Assembly (NCBI GenBank): GCA_038496445.1
Contig: JALMLS010000177.1
Coordinates: 1 to 37,127 of the forward strand
Reading direction: 5' to 3'
Origin: Trichosphaerium sp. ATCC 40318
Lineage: Eukaryota > Protista > Tubulinea
Length of the DNA: 37,127 bases
Shown here: positions 1 to 12,147 of the stretch, piece by piece
Layout: each line of letters starts with the position of its first letter
Numbering within the stretch: position 1 is the stretch's first letter
The notes under the pieces: model-generated
What the model was told of the DNA's origin: nothing
The model's input: only the letters and a program-made list of their open reading frames with translations
Databases searched by the model: none
Position numbers and translations under genes: made by a program

Positions 1-2882
1 ATGGTAGTGATTATCTAGTTCTTCATGGCAACTAAAAAAGACATACAAGCAAAAAAAAAAGAAGATTGATGAGTTCTCCAAAAACACCACGCTCAGGACA
101 CTTGACATAAAAATACGGAATGACCTACACAACAAACTCATCTTAAAGGTATGGAATTTGTAATTGCTAGCGTATTAAAGAAATTGCTTACCAGGAGCTT
201 AAACGTGTAAAAAAGCACGTGTTAGCACGTGCTGAAGCTGTAATCATTAGAAAATCTTTGACCAAAGGTACGCAGCAAACAACGTTTACAATCACACTAA
301 TATTGTCAACAAGATACATGGCATGTAGAAGTAATAGGCAATGTAGTTCTTGTTTCCTCGCTTGTTATACAGGATTACTCCTTTCGCTCACAACAAGTCC
401 CTCTTACACGGAATCAGTCTTTCGAGATGTGGTGTCTAATGAAAGATAGGAAAATATTAAATAAGAACAGCCCTGATTTCTCACAAGTAAACCTTGCTCT
501 GGAGAGTAAAGGCTTAACAATAACTGGTCTAGGCAAAGCAGTTGGTATGCAAGCGTATTTATTTATAGCTTGGTTCACTTAATTGCCCAATAGATAACAC
601 AGTGGAAGTAGTAAAGAAACTAACATCTGTTAAAACTAGCAAGCGTTCTCTTTTATCAACAGAAGCTTTCTTAGTGAAGGTTTCTCAAGCATCTCTTGAG
701 AAGATTGCTATAGAATATTGTGTACATGTATCTTTTTTCCTTGAAACACGTGCGACTACTAATTAATTAACTCACATGTTACACGTTAATGATTGAGTTA
801 GAACCATTTCGCATAACAATAACAGGCTTATCACAAGGCATCAAGCGGCTTAATAGAGAGCTCAACACTATTTTAAAATCAAGGGATATTCTTGAGCAGC
901 ATATAAAAGTCACAGAAGGAACTGCTGAACTTTTTCAAAAGAATAAAGGTATTAGAACAAATTAATTAATGCTGTTAATGCATATTCACTTTGTTTTGCA
1001 GATTTTAAGAAGCTATGGGAAGGATATAAAGTATTAACATTTGTGACACCTGCTTTGGACACTGTCAGATCGAACTTAGAACCGAATAAATTGCTGTTTA
1101 AAGTATACCGTGGTGATATTTTTGATGAACAAACAGATTGCAAAATAATAGCATCTGGTACTTTATCACAAACAAAAGTTTAATAATAACTGCGTATAGG
1201 AAGCACTGCACATGAGGATTTGAAAGGATACATTGACTTGGGCTTGGAAACATGTAAAATAAGTGAAGGAGCTCTATTGGTAAAAGGAGTTCTCGGATAT
1301 GATGCACGTACAGTCTGTGGAGTAGAAGTGAATGACAACGCATAGGTTATCGTCATCGACATTCCAAACACCATTGAAGCTTTTCAACAAATGTTCCACA
1401 GCCTCCTGAGGTACTTGTTGCTACACTTCTTCAAAGATATTAATTTCCAATACAGGGAAGCTTGTAGTAAGTATTACTCTTTGTCTATACTTGCTCTTGG
1501 TGCTGGCAAAGGAGGTTTCCATGATGTGACATGTTGCGATGTTATTGTTCGTGTTTGTACTTTCTTCTTGCTTAGCAACAAGTTTGATATAATTCACCTT
1601 GTTGATACAAACCAGAAGGCAGTATCAGCGTTTAAAAAAGCCGTTCAAAAGCATTCAGTAGTACCTTTTCCAATGCAGTGGAAATGGGAAGACAACAATG
1701 GTCTATATACAAACTATGATGAACCTCTAAACAGCAATATTCAACATCACTTTAAATTGTAAGTGTTTCTTTATATTTTTCTTATCTCAGACTGACTATC
1801 ATAGAATGAAACTAGGTATGTATCCAAGTACCTTTAAATTCTCCTTGCCTGGTGCCACAAACAAGTTCACGTATCATATCAACTTTACCAAGATGATACA
1901 ATGTAACACAACTACAAACAAGCACCGTACTGTAGTGTTTGAATACAAAGATAACAAAGCCAGTTTTCGCTTCAAACGCCATGAAGAACCAAACCAAGAA
2001 TTGGTCAGAGTAACGTTGGTTGGTAACATTGATAATGTCAAAGCAGCTGAAATGGACGTTAATGCACTAAAAGAAAGGTATAAATCAACCTCATTGCATG
2101 TTAAATCAAGCACGACAGCACATATGTTTCCTCACCATTGGAGTAATTTGTCTTTGAGCCTTGTTGAATTGAATAGGTATTGTGCTCATCATAGTATGAA
2201 AGAACTTACTGTATTTAGGCACTCTTATGAGTATCAGAACCTAATGAAAATGATGCATGGTTGCAGTGTTTCAAGTATTCAAAGGGTACAAAACAAGTAT
2301 CTTTGGAAAAGATTCAAAAACCAATGTGATTTGGTTTCTGAGAAAAATGGAGGAGATGCAAATGTCAAACGACTATTCCATGGTACAAGTAGTAACAATC
2401 CAAAAAGGATATTCCTAGGAGATGATGGATTTGATGTAAGGTACCTTCTTCTGTCACGTGCTTGAAACGTTTTGCTTAGTTCTAATATCAAAACACAGGG
2501 TAGCGAACAAGGGGCTCCTTGGGAAAGGAATTTACTTTGCAGAAAGAGCAGATTACTCACTTGGTAAGTTTACGCTGTTGTAAGCTATTTATCACATTAA
2601 CCATATTTGTCGCTTAGACTATGTTGGACCTTCTATGCAAATGTTTATTGCTGATGGTAGGTTTTTTTTGAAGTTGTTATTGTTGTAACCTAAACACTTT
2701 ATTTAGTTATTATTGGCGTTGCTGGTGACGGTTCAAAAGATCTTGTGCGACCTCCTTATAATAGTGCAATTAGTTCTAGATATGACTCTTGTACCACTGG
2801 CTCACCAAAAGGGAGAATCTACGCTGTATTTGAGAATAGTAGAGCATATCCACACTACCTTGTTACGCTTAATAAAACATAA
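1..2882 (+). CDS. PARP14-like mono-ADP-ribosyltransferase (KH-like, macrodomain, WWE, ART), paralog A copy 1, 5'-partial, multi-exon
   Basis: Spliced exons give macro motifs (VYRGDIFDEQTDCKI; SLSILALGAGKGGF; IIHLVDTNQKAVSAF), WWE (QWKWEDNNGLYTNYDE...YHINFTKMIQCNTTTNKHRTV) and ART (IQRVQNKYLW; KRLFHGT; GLLGKGIYFAERADYS; GRIYAVFENSRAYPHYLV); stop TAA at 2880-2882. Confidence 0.88.
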
Positions 2883-3028
2883 GAGAACAATGTAGTCAAC
2901 TAGTATTTGTGTTATCTCTTTCCGCCTGTAAATACTAACCAAAGTGAACTTTCCTCATGACGAATGTTTGGATATTCAATGTAGCAATTAAGTCAAGCCA
3001 TAGTTCATTTGTAATCGATTAGAGTAAA

Positions 3029-5272
3029 ATGTTGATACAACGCTCTTGTTTATTTTTTATTGGGATTGCTTTTGTATTGTCTGTAGAATGTACGTACAGC
3101 TACCAATTCCCTATACTATCAGCGCAATCTTTTTACGACAAGTTTCAGACACAAAACGTGACTTTTAAGGTCGGTACACTTATTCAACAGCACACTGCGC
3201 TTACGTTATATTTTGACTTTTTCGTGTTGTATTACAAACTTACGATTTGTAGTTCGTATTGAATACGATCAATGTATAGACACGTATGTTGATGAAGATG
3301 AACCTATGTTGTCGTTTGGCAATAGTACTGATCTGAGAGTGAGACTAGCCACTATATTTGGAGAGAGTATTGCGCTGCTCAAATTTGATATCTTTGAAGA
3401 TGAGGGTACAAATTCATTTTCTAGCGCTAGTCACGCTAATCACGTGATTTACCCGAAAAAAACCCAAAAAATATTTAATAGCTGCAGGCGGCGTCATAAG
3501 AAGAAATGACACCATTGAAAGTGCCACATTGTATTTAAGTAGATTATCAGGCGATAATCAGATCACACTCAGTGCTGGTGATGTCGCTTGGGATGAACAA
3601 ACAACTTTTTCTTCTTGGAATGGACTGGCTGGCTTGGGGCCAGTCTCTAATGCCACTATCTCGAATAACACTTTAGAGATAAACGTGACTTCATTTATAG
3701 ACTACTGGAAAGCGAACAATAACCACGGATGGGTCGTTTATGATGAAACCACGAAGAGAAATATTCTTTTAGAGATAGAACTTGGCAGGTAACAATTTCT
3801 GCTTCTTTTTTACTCTAACGATATCCTTTATAGCTGTGATAGTCCTATAGAAACCGAAAGACCTTACCTGATAGTTGAAATAGCACCAAGACCAGTACAA
3901 TCACCTTTAGGACCAGTGCAATCGCCTACAGCTAGAGCAACTATCAATTGCAAATATTATTTTGACGAAGGTATTGATGCTATCTTCTTATTGCTTGTCT
4001 TATGTACTATTTATTAGCGTTCTCGAATGAAATTCGAGATTCTCTTTTCGTTTATAGTCACGTGTGCGCTCTTTGCACCTCTGATATTCCGTCATTAACC
4101 CAAGATGACAAACCATCGGAGGTTACAGTAGATAAAATACCTGTGTATTCACTAAGACTTGTTCGCCAAGATGCTACTTCAGGTACTTTACACTACACCA
4201 CAATCTATGTTCTCTAGAGCATTATCATTTTCTTTAGTGTTATTTATCTCTAACATAATACTACGCTATTTTCCTGCAGTTTTGTTTACCACTAACTTGT
4301 TTGTTTCTCTGGGAAGTTGGTTTTTGTTTTCTTGTTCCAAGGATTAACAACAGAGCAAAGAGGAATATGTTAGATATGGAGTTCCGGTACAATTAGAGTA
4401 CATAGTTCTGCTAAGCATGATAACAATTATTCAGCTTGAATTCTTTAAACGTTACGGTATCTCAGCCAGTAGAATTCACTGATCAAATTTCAGATACTCT
4501 AGGTAACGATAATATCACCTTTTCACATTGTACCTAACTCTCATGTAAATCGTAGGTTGTGATAAAGCTGATTGCAGAAACATCGCAAGTATTGTTATAC
4601 CCGATGATGTGGAAATAGCATCGCCTGTTACTATTGTTACTAACATCATTATCGAAGGAAATTTTACTCTTTCAGAAACAGGTAAGCCAACATCTATCTG
4701 GATCACCACTCATCCATAAGGTATCACGACCCTTGATGCTGGTACAACTATAAACGTTACTGGTTGTGCAACAATAGCTGGAGACATAAACGTTAATGTT
4801 AGTACCGTTGAGACAAAGAAAGACCAACAACAAGTGGAAGTTCCACTTGTGAATACAAATTGTATTGAACTAGCACCCACGTACTCTGTTGGGCTTACAG
4901 GAACTAATCCCCAGGTATGTACAAATCTTCGATGTTGTTAATATCACACGTGCTGAACGGTTTTGAGGATGGCGGTTGTGTTAATACAGTAGGACAAGGA
5001 AGAGCATCAGAATTCGGATTAAGTGTATTAGTATCACAACGCAGTGGGAGTTGTAACGCAGAAGATGAAGGAACAAGTGTATTAATATGGCTGTTGCCTG
5101 TTGTTGCTTTTGCAGCGATACTACTTGTTATTGTAGTTGTAGTAATAACGGTCTACACAACGTACGTCTATATTTTTTGGAATAACTTGTATACTAAAGA
5201 GAAGGTAGTCACTCTAAAGATAAGTTGTATGATAGAGAATTGGCAAAAGTAAATGCACGTGATAGAAACTAG
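3029..5272 (+). CDS. Type I membrane protein with signal peptide, DNRLRE/CBM96-like domain, Pro-rich linker, Cys-containing stalk and C-terminal TM helix; multi-exon
   Basis: Hydrophobic N-terminus (MLIQRSCLFFIGIAFVLSVEC); DTYVDEDEP..FGNSTDLRV..ALLKFD; IESATLYL; WDEQ..SWNG; INVTSFIDYWKANNNHGW; ERPYLIVE; linker APRPVQSPLGPVQSPTA; TM VLIWLLPVVAFAAILLVIVVVVITV; likely last exon ends TAG 5270-5272. Confidence 0.75.
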
Positions 5273-5379
5273 TGTACCTACTGAGTGGTAGTAACAAAGA
5301 CAAAAACACTAAAACGATTCTGCTTCAGATATAATTGTTTTGTTGGTGACAACAGAGTGTTTACCGTTAGATAATTGTT

Positions 5380-6655
5380 GTATTTTTAAAAACAATCAAA
5401 GTTCACCAGAATACTTTGACTGGGACAGCAAGACAGCTGAAAGTTTTTTTTGAAGAATAAGCCAAGTACGTTTCAAGGTTGCACGTGACTTGAGGTTGCT
5501 AGTAAACACCAGTTTTTTGAAAAAACCTGCATACATAGAGCAAGTGACTTACACATTATCAGTGAAATTGGTGTTTGTTATTTCAATGGATGTAGTAGCA
5601 TTCGTTGCTTGACCAATAGAAAGCACAGGCTTAAAAAAATATAAGCACCAGATCAGTTAGTTGGTTGTGGTAAAAGAAACGAATATCTCTTCTTGTACTT
5701 ACGGATACACTATCAGTGTTCGCAAAATTACAGTCTCTTATAATAGTTGTACGTGTTCCTGATACTGTAGCTGGAGCGTGGTTCAAAGTGCAGCCAGTAA
5801 AATTACAAGAGGTGTATATAGCAGCTAAGGAATTGACGATTAGTTACAGTACTACTTGCCAAAAGGCTACCAAATTACTTACCCTGAAACTAATAGTAAT
5901 ATGTCCTTAAAATTAGAGTTTGTAGCAGTTACAAACGCAATCTCCTTAAGTAAAAACGGTTAAGATTCTGAAATAAGAAAAAAAAAAGAAGAAGATTTTT
6001 TTGTCCCGACGCAAGGAAGTTATAACGTAGGTCTCAACTTCAAAACAATGAAACAAATATCTTTGAAAAGTAAACTTTTTGGGGCGAGTTAAGTTATTAA
6101 CAGCATCAGGACAACCAGGTTTAAATGAATGTTTTTTCCAAATTTTTAAAGCCAAAGCTTTTTTTTGTCCAAGTGGATTACTGGTTTTTTTCTTTGTACC
6201 TAGTATCATTTATCATTTGTATTGTATCCATATACAATGATTCAACTAAATACAAGGAATATTAAGTTAAAATACAGGTTGCATTCTATGTAGATGTACC
6301 CAACCCAATTTGGAAGTTTGATCCAAAAGTTGCTGACACCAAAGAAATGTTTGTAACGGCTGGTTTAATTTTAACTAATATAAAGTAAACACAATATACA
6401 CACACGCCAGATTATGCTATTAACTTCACGCAATGATATAAACAGACTAATGAACAAACTCGGAAAAGCAAGACAAATTTAAGCTCTTTCAAGGATAAAA
6501 TGAAAAAAAAAAAGAATGGCATACAAGAACCAAAGTTGCCACCTTCAACGTGAACATAACGAAGATCTTTCTGATTACAAATACTAAATGAGGCGAAATG
6601 TAACATGAAAATGCTAAGGTATGCTACAAAGCGTTAGCAAGTGTAAGAAGCATGA
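5380..6655 (-). CDS. Putative secreted/surface protein with right-handed beta-helix-like repeats; multi-exon, ends approximate, possibly truncated
   Basis: Minus-strand donors (cttac on +) bound exons reading YVHVEGGNFGSC, KIKPAVTNISLVSATFGSNFQIGL, IYTSCNFTGCTLNH..TIIRDCNFANT, SIEITNTNFTDN (I.i.nc.F..N pattern). Confidence 0.45.
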
Positions 6656-7281
6656 TTTTTGATAAAAAGATTATTTTTTCAACGTCATACGCTCGTATTA
6701 ACCTTTGGGTTGTATTTAGAGCTTGTATATGCGTACCACACACAATAGTGATAGAATAAGACTAATTGCTTTGAAATGTATCATAGCTAGTAGTTGCAAG
6801 CGCAAATGGTTGTATTAGATGCCGTAACGAGAAATGGTGATACGGAATAACGTTGAAAGTGCTTTTCTACTCTTTTCTTTTACAGCCTTGCTTTAACCAA
6901 TGGAGGCGTTCTCAACACGCGTGCTCATTTCTTAGCATATTTTCCGGTTTTGCTAGTTTTGAGTGCTTCCTGTTTTGTTTTAAAACCAAAAAGTGACTAC
7001 ATTATGTAGAGGTATCCAATGGTTCCCAATTTAAACATAGACAGTTTTTTCGTTTCCATAAATGTCAACAAGTTCTATAAAATTATGTCATCACATGCTT
7101 TTTTTCACTGTTGCAAACCCATGGTTTGTTCTTTGTTAGTGCGATTCATCACACCACCATCTATAAAATTAGGTAAAATGTTAACAATTGGCTAAGAATA
7201 TGTAAACAATCCTAAGAGTGCATTTTGTAAAAAAATGAGAATTGTTTTCTGAATATTAAGTAATCTACTTTACAACTGAAA

Positions 7282-8956
7282 ATGGCGTGCACCTATTCAT
7301 GTCCAGAATTGCCCATAGAGGTATGGGAAATGTATATATTACCATTTGGGATTACCAGACTCTCAGACGCTTTTAATCTTATGAACGTTTGTAAATCATT
7401 CCATCGATACTCCAAATCGCGTTTATTCTGGCTTGAGTTTCTCGATAAACGATATTTGATGCTTTTGGACATTGTCAAGCTTTGTTACAAAAAAAACACA
7501 CCAGGCCTTCTAAAAGTCATCAAAAACACGTATATTACGTGGCCTGAGAATATATACGCTTCTGGAGGCATCAAAGCCGTTGTTTTATCGAAAATATTTG
7601 TAGTGGAACAAATCACTGATATCAATGCTGAATTACAGTGGCATATAAGCAGTAAATGTGCTGTTTGCTCTAAAATGGAAGATATGGACAGTTTTTATCA
7701 CTGCGAACAGTGCGATAATGTTAGCGTCTGTATTGATTGTGGAAAGCGTACAATAACATCAGAAGTAGATAAACTGAGTATTGATTGGAAGGCAGGACCC
7801 ATTGGGGATCCTAAAAAGTCTGCTGAAGAAAAGTCTTGTCACGGTGATCATTGTTTTACGTTCATTGAAAACATCAGTTGTATGGCTTGCTTTACATCGG
7901 GTTGACGGTTATATGGAGTGTAAGACTTGTTCTAGAACATGTGGAACAAGCAAGTACTTGTGCCTTCTATGTCATAAGAGAGGAGTATCCTACGAACATA
8001 AGGCATTCGAAGACGAGGATTGGGATGGATTCTGGCATAGGCCAAGTCACGTGATGGAATTTACAATGCATCATAATAGAGTATGTGATGTTTGCCTAAA
8101 GTCTCCTAGACGTTGGTGGCATTGTACAGAGTGTGATGAAGAAATTTGTGTTGACTGTTTTAATGATAATAAAAAGGTTGAAAAACGTGTTGGAGAGGTT
8201 GTTTGTGATCATAAGTATTTTCTTTGTAAAGGATCGATGAAGGAAGTTAAAAACTCAGAAAATCCTACACCATTTAAAGAAAGTTTGGAATCAGCAAACT
8301 TCCCTTTAAATATACTGTCAATGTACAGTGATGACTTTAATGGGTATGGAAGTTACTTTACGTTATTCAATAGCTGCCCAGGAGTTATGGAAGGATGGAT
8401 AACAAGAGGTGGTATCGAGTATGGGATAAAATACCAAGGGCAACCAAAAACAAATTTTTGGAGATTTTTGGGTAGATTTGAAAGTAGTCAACAAGGGTTC
8501 CCTGATGACGATGATGGTGATATACTATACACTCGTACCGGTATTAAATATAAAGGCGGCATATTATCACATTCATTTAAGGGTAAGGGATTGATCACGT
8601 TTGTAGATGGGTCATTCTTTGATGGAGTTATTTCGAAGACTTCTTATTTTAATTTCACAGGTGAAGGAACTTTCACTTCAAAAGGTGGGGTATCATCTCA
8701 TTGTTCACTATCTACAAGTGATGCATCAACATTCACTTTTTTCCATATTGTTGTAGGATATAAAAAGAAGCTTGCTGTTATGAGGGTAAAGTACAGGTAT
8801 CCCATTGAACTAGATGTTGAGAAGGATTGGTATAAAGAGAACAAGCATTTGAAGTCTGGTAGTAGTACAAGTGACAGTACTAGTAGTGATAGCGATAGCG
8901 ATAGTACAAGTAATACTGAAGACATTGGGGAAATTGATGATCTTTTTGACGTGTAG
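7282..8956 (+). CDS. F-box + ZZ-type zinc fingers + MORN-like repeats, intronless, split by a 1-nt frameshift near 7899
   Basis: PELPIEVWEMYIL..LMNVCKSF..LFW (F-box); CAVC..YHCEQCDNVSVCIDC, CMAC/ECKTC..LCLLC..H..H, CDVC..WHCTECDEEICVDC (ZZ); GIKYKGGI..FKGKGLITFVDGSFFDG (MORN-like); Ser/Asp tail. Removing one G at 7900-7902 joins the two ORFs (CFTSVDGYMEC). Confidence 0.72.
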
Positions 8957-9350
8957 TAAACGATAGAACATTAAAACAAGTTTAGAGTAAAGTAATGTAT
9001 AGTAACTGTTTTTGTGTTTGCTTAAGGCCTTTAAATACGACGCACACAGTATGTTTTTTCCAAAGACTTGTGGCTTCATTGTACGTAATAAATTAATGGT
9101 AATAAGGTAAGAATCCTCTCGATTTAAGATCTGGGGTCGTACAAAGAAGCACAGGATGAGTCTCTCAAACAACTGTTCTACTTTTTTGTATTTCGTAATC
9201 TAAGCTCGTTAGTAACTCTCCGTTTTTAGAACACCAAATTGTGGTTTGCTCTGTTGTCAACATGGCTTGAAGTTTCTGTGAAGGAAATAAAAATCTGAAT
9301 TATATTTAATCGTTTTGACTTGAAAGACACGGCTAATACAGTTCCTTTTG

Positions 9351-10360
9351 ATGTGGCAAGTAGTAGCTATAGTACTTATAATTACAGTTGGCTGTGATGC
9401 GTTTGTTTTAATTGACACCAATAATACAAAACGTACTATTTTTACTGTTTTAGTATCTTATATATTTCTTGCGCTCATGCCTACGTTTTTAGACTTTTTT
9501 GACACTCCTGATATCACGTGGCTCTCAAAAAATATTTGGAAACAACATGAATCAATATCAGGTATAAATATAATGTAATATCACATGATGGTGGTTTAAA
9601 ACATACGTACCGTTAAAAAACGCCACAAAAAAGGAACTTGTGTTATTATTTTATTGTGTGGTGTTGCCTAACAGCACGCCTAGATTGTATCCTTTCACGT
9701 GACAGAAATTATTAAATATTTTAGCCCATTTAAGTTCAAGGACGCTAACTCTTTCTGTTGCAGGAACTCTTGTTGGTTATACACATCCTAATGTTTCTGG
9801 AAAGATCGTGTTGTTGCCTGTTGAGAGAGCAAATTGGGACAATGGGGCCATAGTTTTTTCCGAATTTTCCGAAAACAAAAATTCGAAAAAATAAAATTCA
9901 TAGAAAGATGCATAGCTAGGGCAGTCCACTAAACTAGAAAGCGCCTGGTTCACTTACAGTCGGGTCCTCGCTGTGCTTGGAACTAGAACCCAACCTTTGC
10001 TCACATATAGTGATCCATTGGTGGGTATAGGCATTCGGTTTTTGTATCGAATTCTATTTTTTCGAATTTTTTCTTTCGAAAAATTTGGAAAAAATGTGGG
10101 TCCGGGGACAATAGTGTTATAGAAATTGCAGAAAGTGGTGCCATTGCTATCATATTCTTTTTACTGGATGGCATTACAGGTAGGTAGAGTGAAAGAACAG
10201 AACATTTTACAAGTACTGCAAAAAAGTGAAAACAAGCATAACAATTCTTTGGACATATTTGGTTGTCAGTTCTGGTTAGTGTACCAATCTGATACGTGAG
10301 GTGCTGTTAGTCTAATCAGCTATTCTTTCAAATGTTACTGTTGCTATATTCTTTGTGCAT
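9351..10360 (+). pseudogene. Signal peptide + PA (protease-associated) domain gene interrupted by a MITE; 3' end unclear
   Basis: MWQVVAIVLIITVGCDA signal; exon from ~9764 reads GTLVGYTHPNVSGKIVLLPVERANWDN|SVIEIAESGAIAIIFF in frame once the element and one TSD copy are removed. Confidence 0.6.
9844..10104. mobile_element. MITE (~260 bp), ~55-bp imperfect TIRs, 8-bp TSD GGGACAAT
   Basis: TSD at 9836-9843 and 10105-10112; left ttttttccgaattttccgaaaacaaaaattcgaaaaaataaaattc mirrors right gaattctattttttcgaattttttctttcgaaaaatttggaaaaaa. Confidence 0.85.
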
Positions 10361-10876
10361 GTACAGAAAAGATTTGATTTTGTCTCGTGCTTGTTGTTTG
10401 TTTTTGCGCCAAGGTTGCCTTCTCATTTGTAACATAGTTGAGATCGCTTTTGAGACAGTTTCAAAAAATTATACATTTTTGATTTTTGCTATTGTGGAAT
10501 TTCGACGTTTTACTCACCTCAGAACCATTGCAAACTTTATTTCTGAAAATTATGCTATATTTATAGGTCTAAAAACCAGTTTGCGATTTGTTTATGCTGT
10601 ACTGAGGAAAAGTACCGACAGCAATGCAATTTTTTTAAAAATTCTTGCCAAAATCTTGTAATTTCGTGATAATCTCTGAGAGACTTGAAAAGATTTGAAT
10701 TTGTACAATCTGCTTTTTTAAGGCTTTAAGTGATATGGCAACACGTATAGTAAGTGTATAGTGATTGTTGTATGTTAAAAAATATAAATAACTCATTTCA
10801 ATAGATTAACGGAACATACGCAAACTCGTCACTGTACTACCCTCAAAGTTCTGTGAGTGGTAAAAATTACATAGAA

Positions 10877-12147
10877 ATGAGGTAGTAAATCGTAAAGTGA
10901 ATACTTTGCAATTATTGTTGTCTACTGTGGGTTCTTGAGAATTATTTGCAACGAACGAATAACCTTTAAATCTGTACTAGAAGACTAAAGACGAGATTAA
11001 GTACTCGGTTTGCGTACCTATTGAATTGATGTAATTCACGGAATAAGTAAATCACATCGGGTCAATTCGACTTGCTGGTTTCAAACTTCTTAGGTAGTCG
11101 AACGAGTTTTGGATAAACAACAGCTTTTCAATGACAGTTTATTGATGAGTGCACAACATATGCAGCACAAGACCCGGGACATTTACGTAAACATAGTATT
11201 GAGTGTTTACGTGGTTATCAATAATTTATTGATAGTGTAGTTTGACAAAGAAACTCTTTTTTTTTTTGTACAGTTTTTGCCTCGAGAAAAGCAATTTATT
11301 GTCTCCGCCGAATAAACCCAGTGGAATCGCTCATCTTGAAATTTGTAAGTTCTTTCCTTGGATGGAATAGCCACCTACAAAAATCATTGAGAACATAAAC
11401 AAAACAACTCAATGGAAATCAGAAGACAGGAGGAAGAAAATAAGGTTCAAGTCTGTACATGTCCGAGAAAAAAAAAAAAAGAACCACCTGTCGTACCCAA
11501 CGTATATACAATAAAAAAGAGTTCCTAACTCTTTGAATATATCTGATACCCACAAGTAATTGAAGGGAGAAAAGACATCAAAGAAAAAAGGGATAATACG
11601 AGTGAACGTAACCCAAAAAGTAACAATAATAAACATATTCTTTACTATTGTAAAAGGAGCTAATGTCCCTAGAATTTACGGTAAACAAGCAATATGAAAA
11701 AATCTTTTTTATCATACCTCTACTAGTAGGTGTTTTTGTCTTGTGTGCAATAGTAAAAGACCAATAAAAAGGGCCTTTAATGAGCATGCAGCTGAAAAAA
11801 TCAAAAACTTGAAAAAGACTTCCCTAAGAGAAGAAAAACGTCAGAAGATTGTTATGTTAATGGCGTATCATCCACAAAAATATGGTACCACTACAATCCA
11901 CCACATCGTGCTATGTCTTCCCCCACTTCCAGCAGTTTGTACAATGACCGTAAGGACCCTCATTATTATCACCTATTAGAAAAAAGTTAAAACCAAAACA
12001 TGTTCAATGAAATCTGTCAAAGTTTGACACATTGTTTTCTTATTTTTTTCTTACCAAAATGACATTTACTTTCTCGCGTAACCCCATTTTTTTCAAGTAA
12101 GTCCATCCGCAAGCCAATAGAACAACTAGCGAGAAGAAAAATATTTC
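10877..12147 (+). repeat. Long inverted repeat, left arm (1271 bp)
   Basis: Reverse complement of 12621-13893; mirrored ORFs (11743..11979+ = 12789..13025-, etc.); I saw one substitution and two homopolymer indels. Confidence 0.97.

Larger units (their letters stand above)
1..10881 (+). repeat. Segmental direct duplication, copy 1 (runs off the window start)
   Basis: Matches 18220-29100; ORF track repeats at offset 18217-18219; the only differences I saw are four 1-nt indels (near 30, 49, 3470, 9632). Confidence 0.97.

Noticed and set aside
1-60. Frameshifting differences between PARP-A copies 1 and 2
   Set aside because: Both indels are at the extreme window edge, and copy 2 is in frame; likely low-quality sequence rather than pseudogenisation.
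952-2560. Short minus-strand ORFs overlapping the PARP gene (and their duplicates)
   Set aside because: Antisense shadows of real exons with no protein-like features.
3213-3509. Different C-termini of this ORF in the two copies (98 vs 88 aa)
   Set aside because: The 1-nt indel is in an A-run inside a predicted intron, so the spliced protein is unaffected.
8858-8915. agt/gat short tandem repeats as a CRISPR or satellite array
   Set aside because: They encode the Ser/Asp/Thr low-complexity tail; there is no repeat-spacer structure anywhere in the window.
9950-10030. tRNA- or SINE-like sequence inside the MITE (minus-strand ggttctagttcc)
   Set aside because: Poor B-box match, no A-box or cloverleaf.
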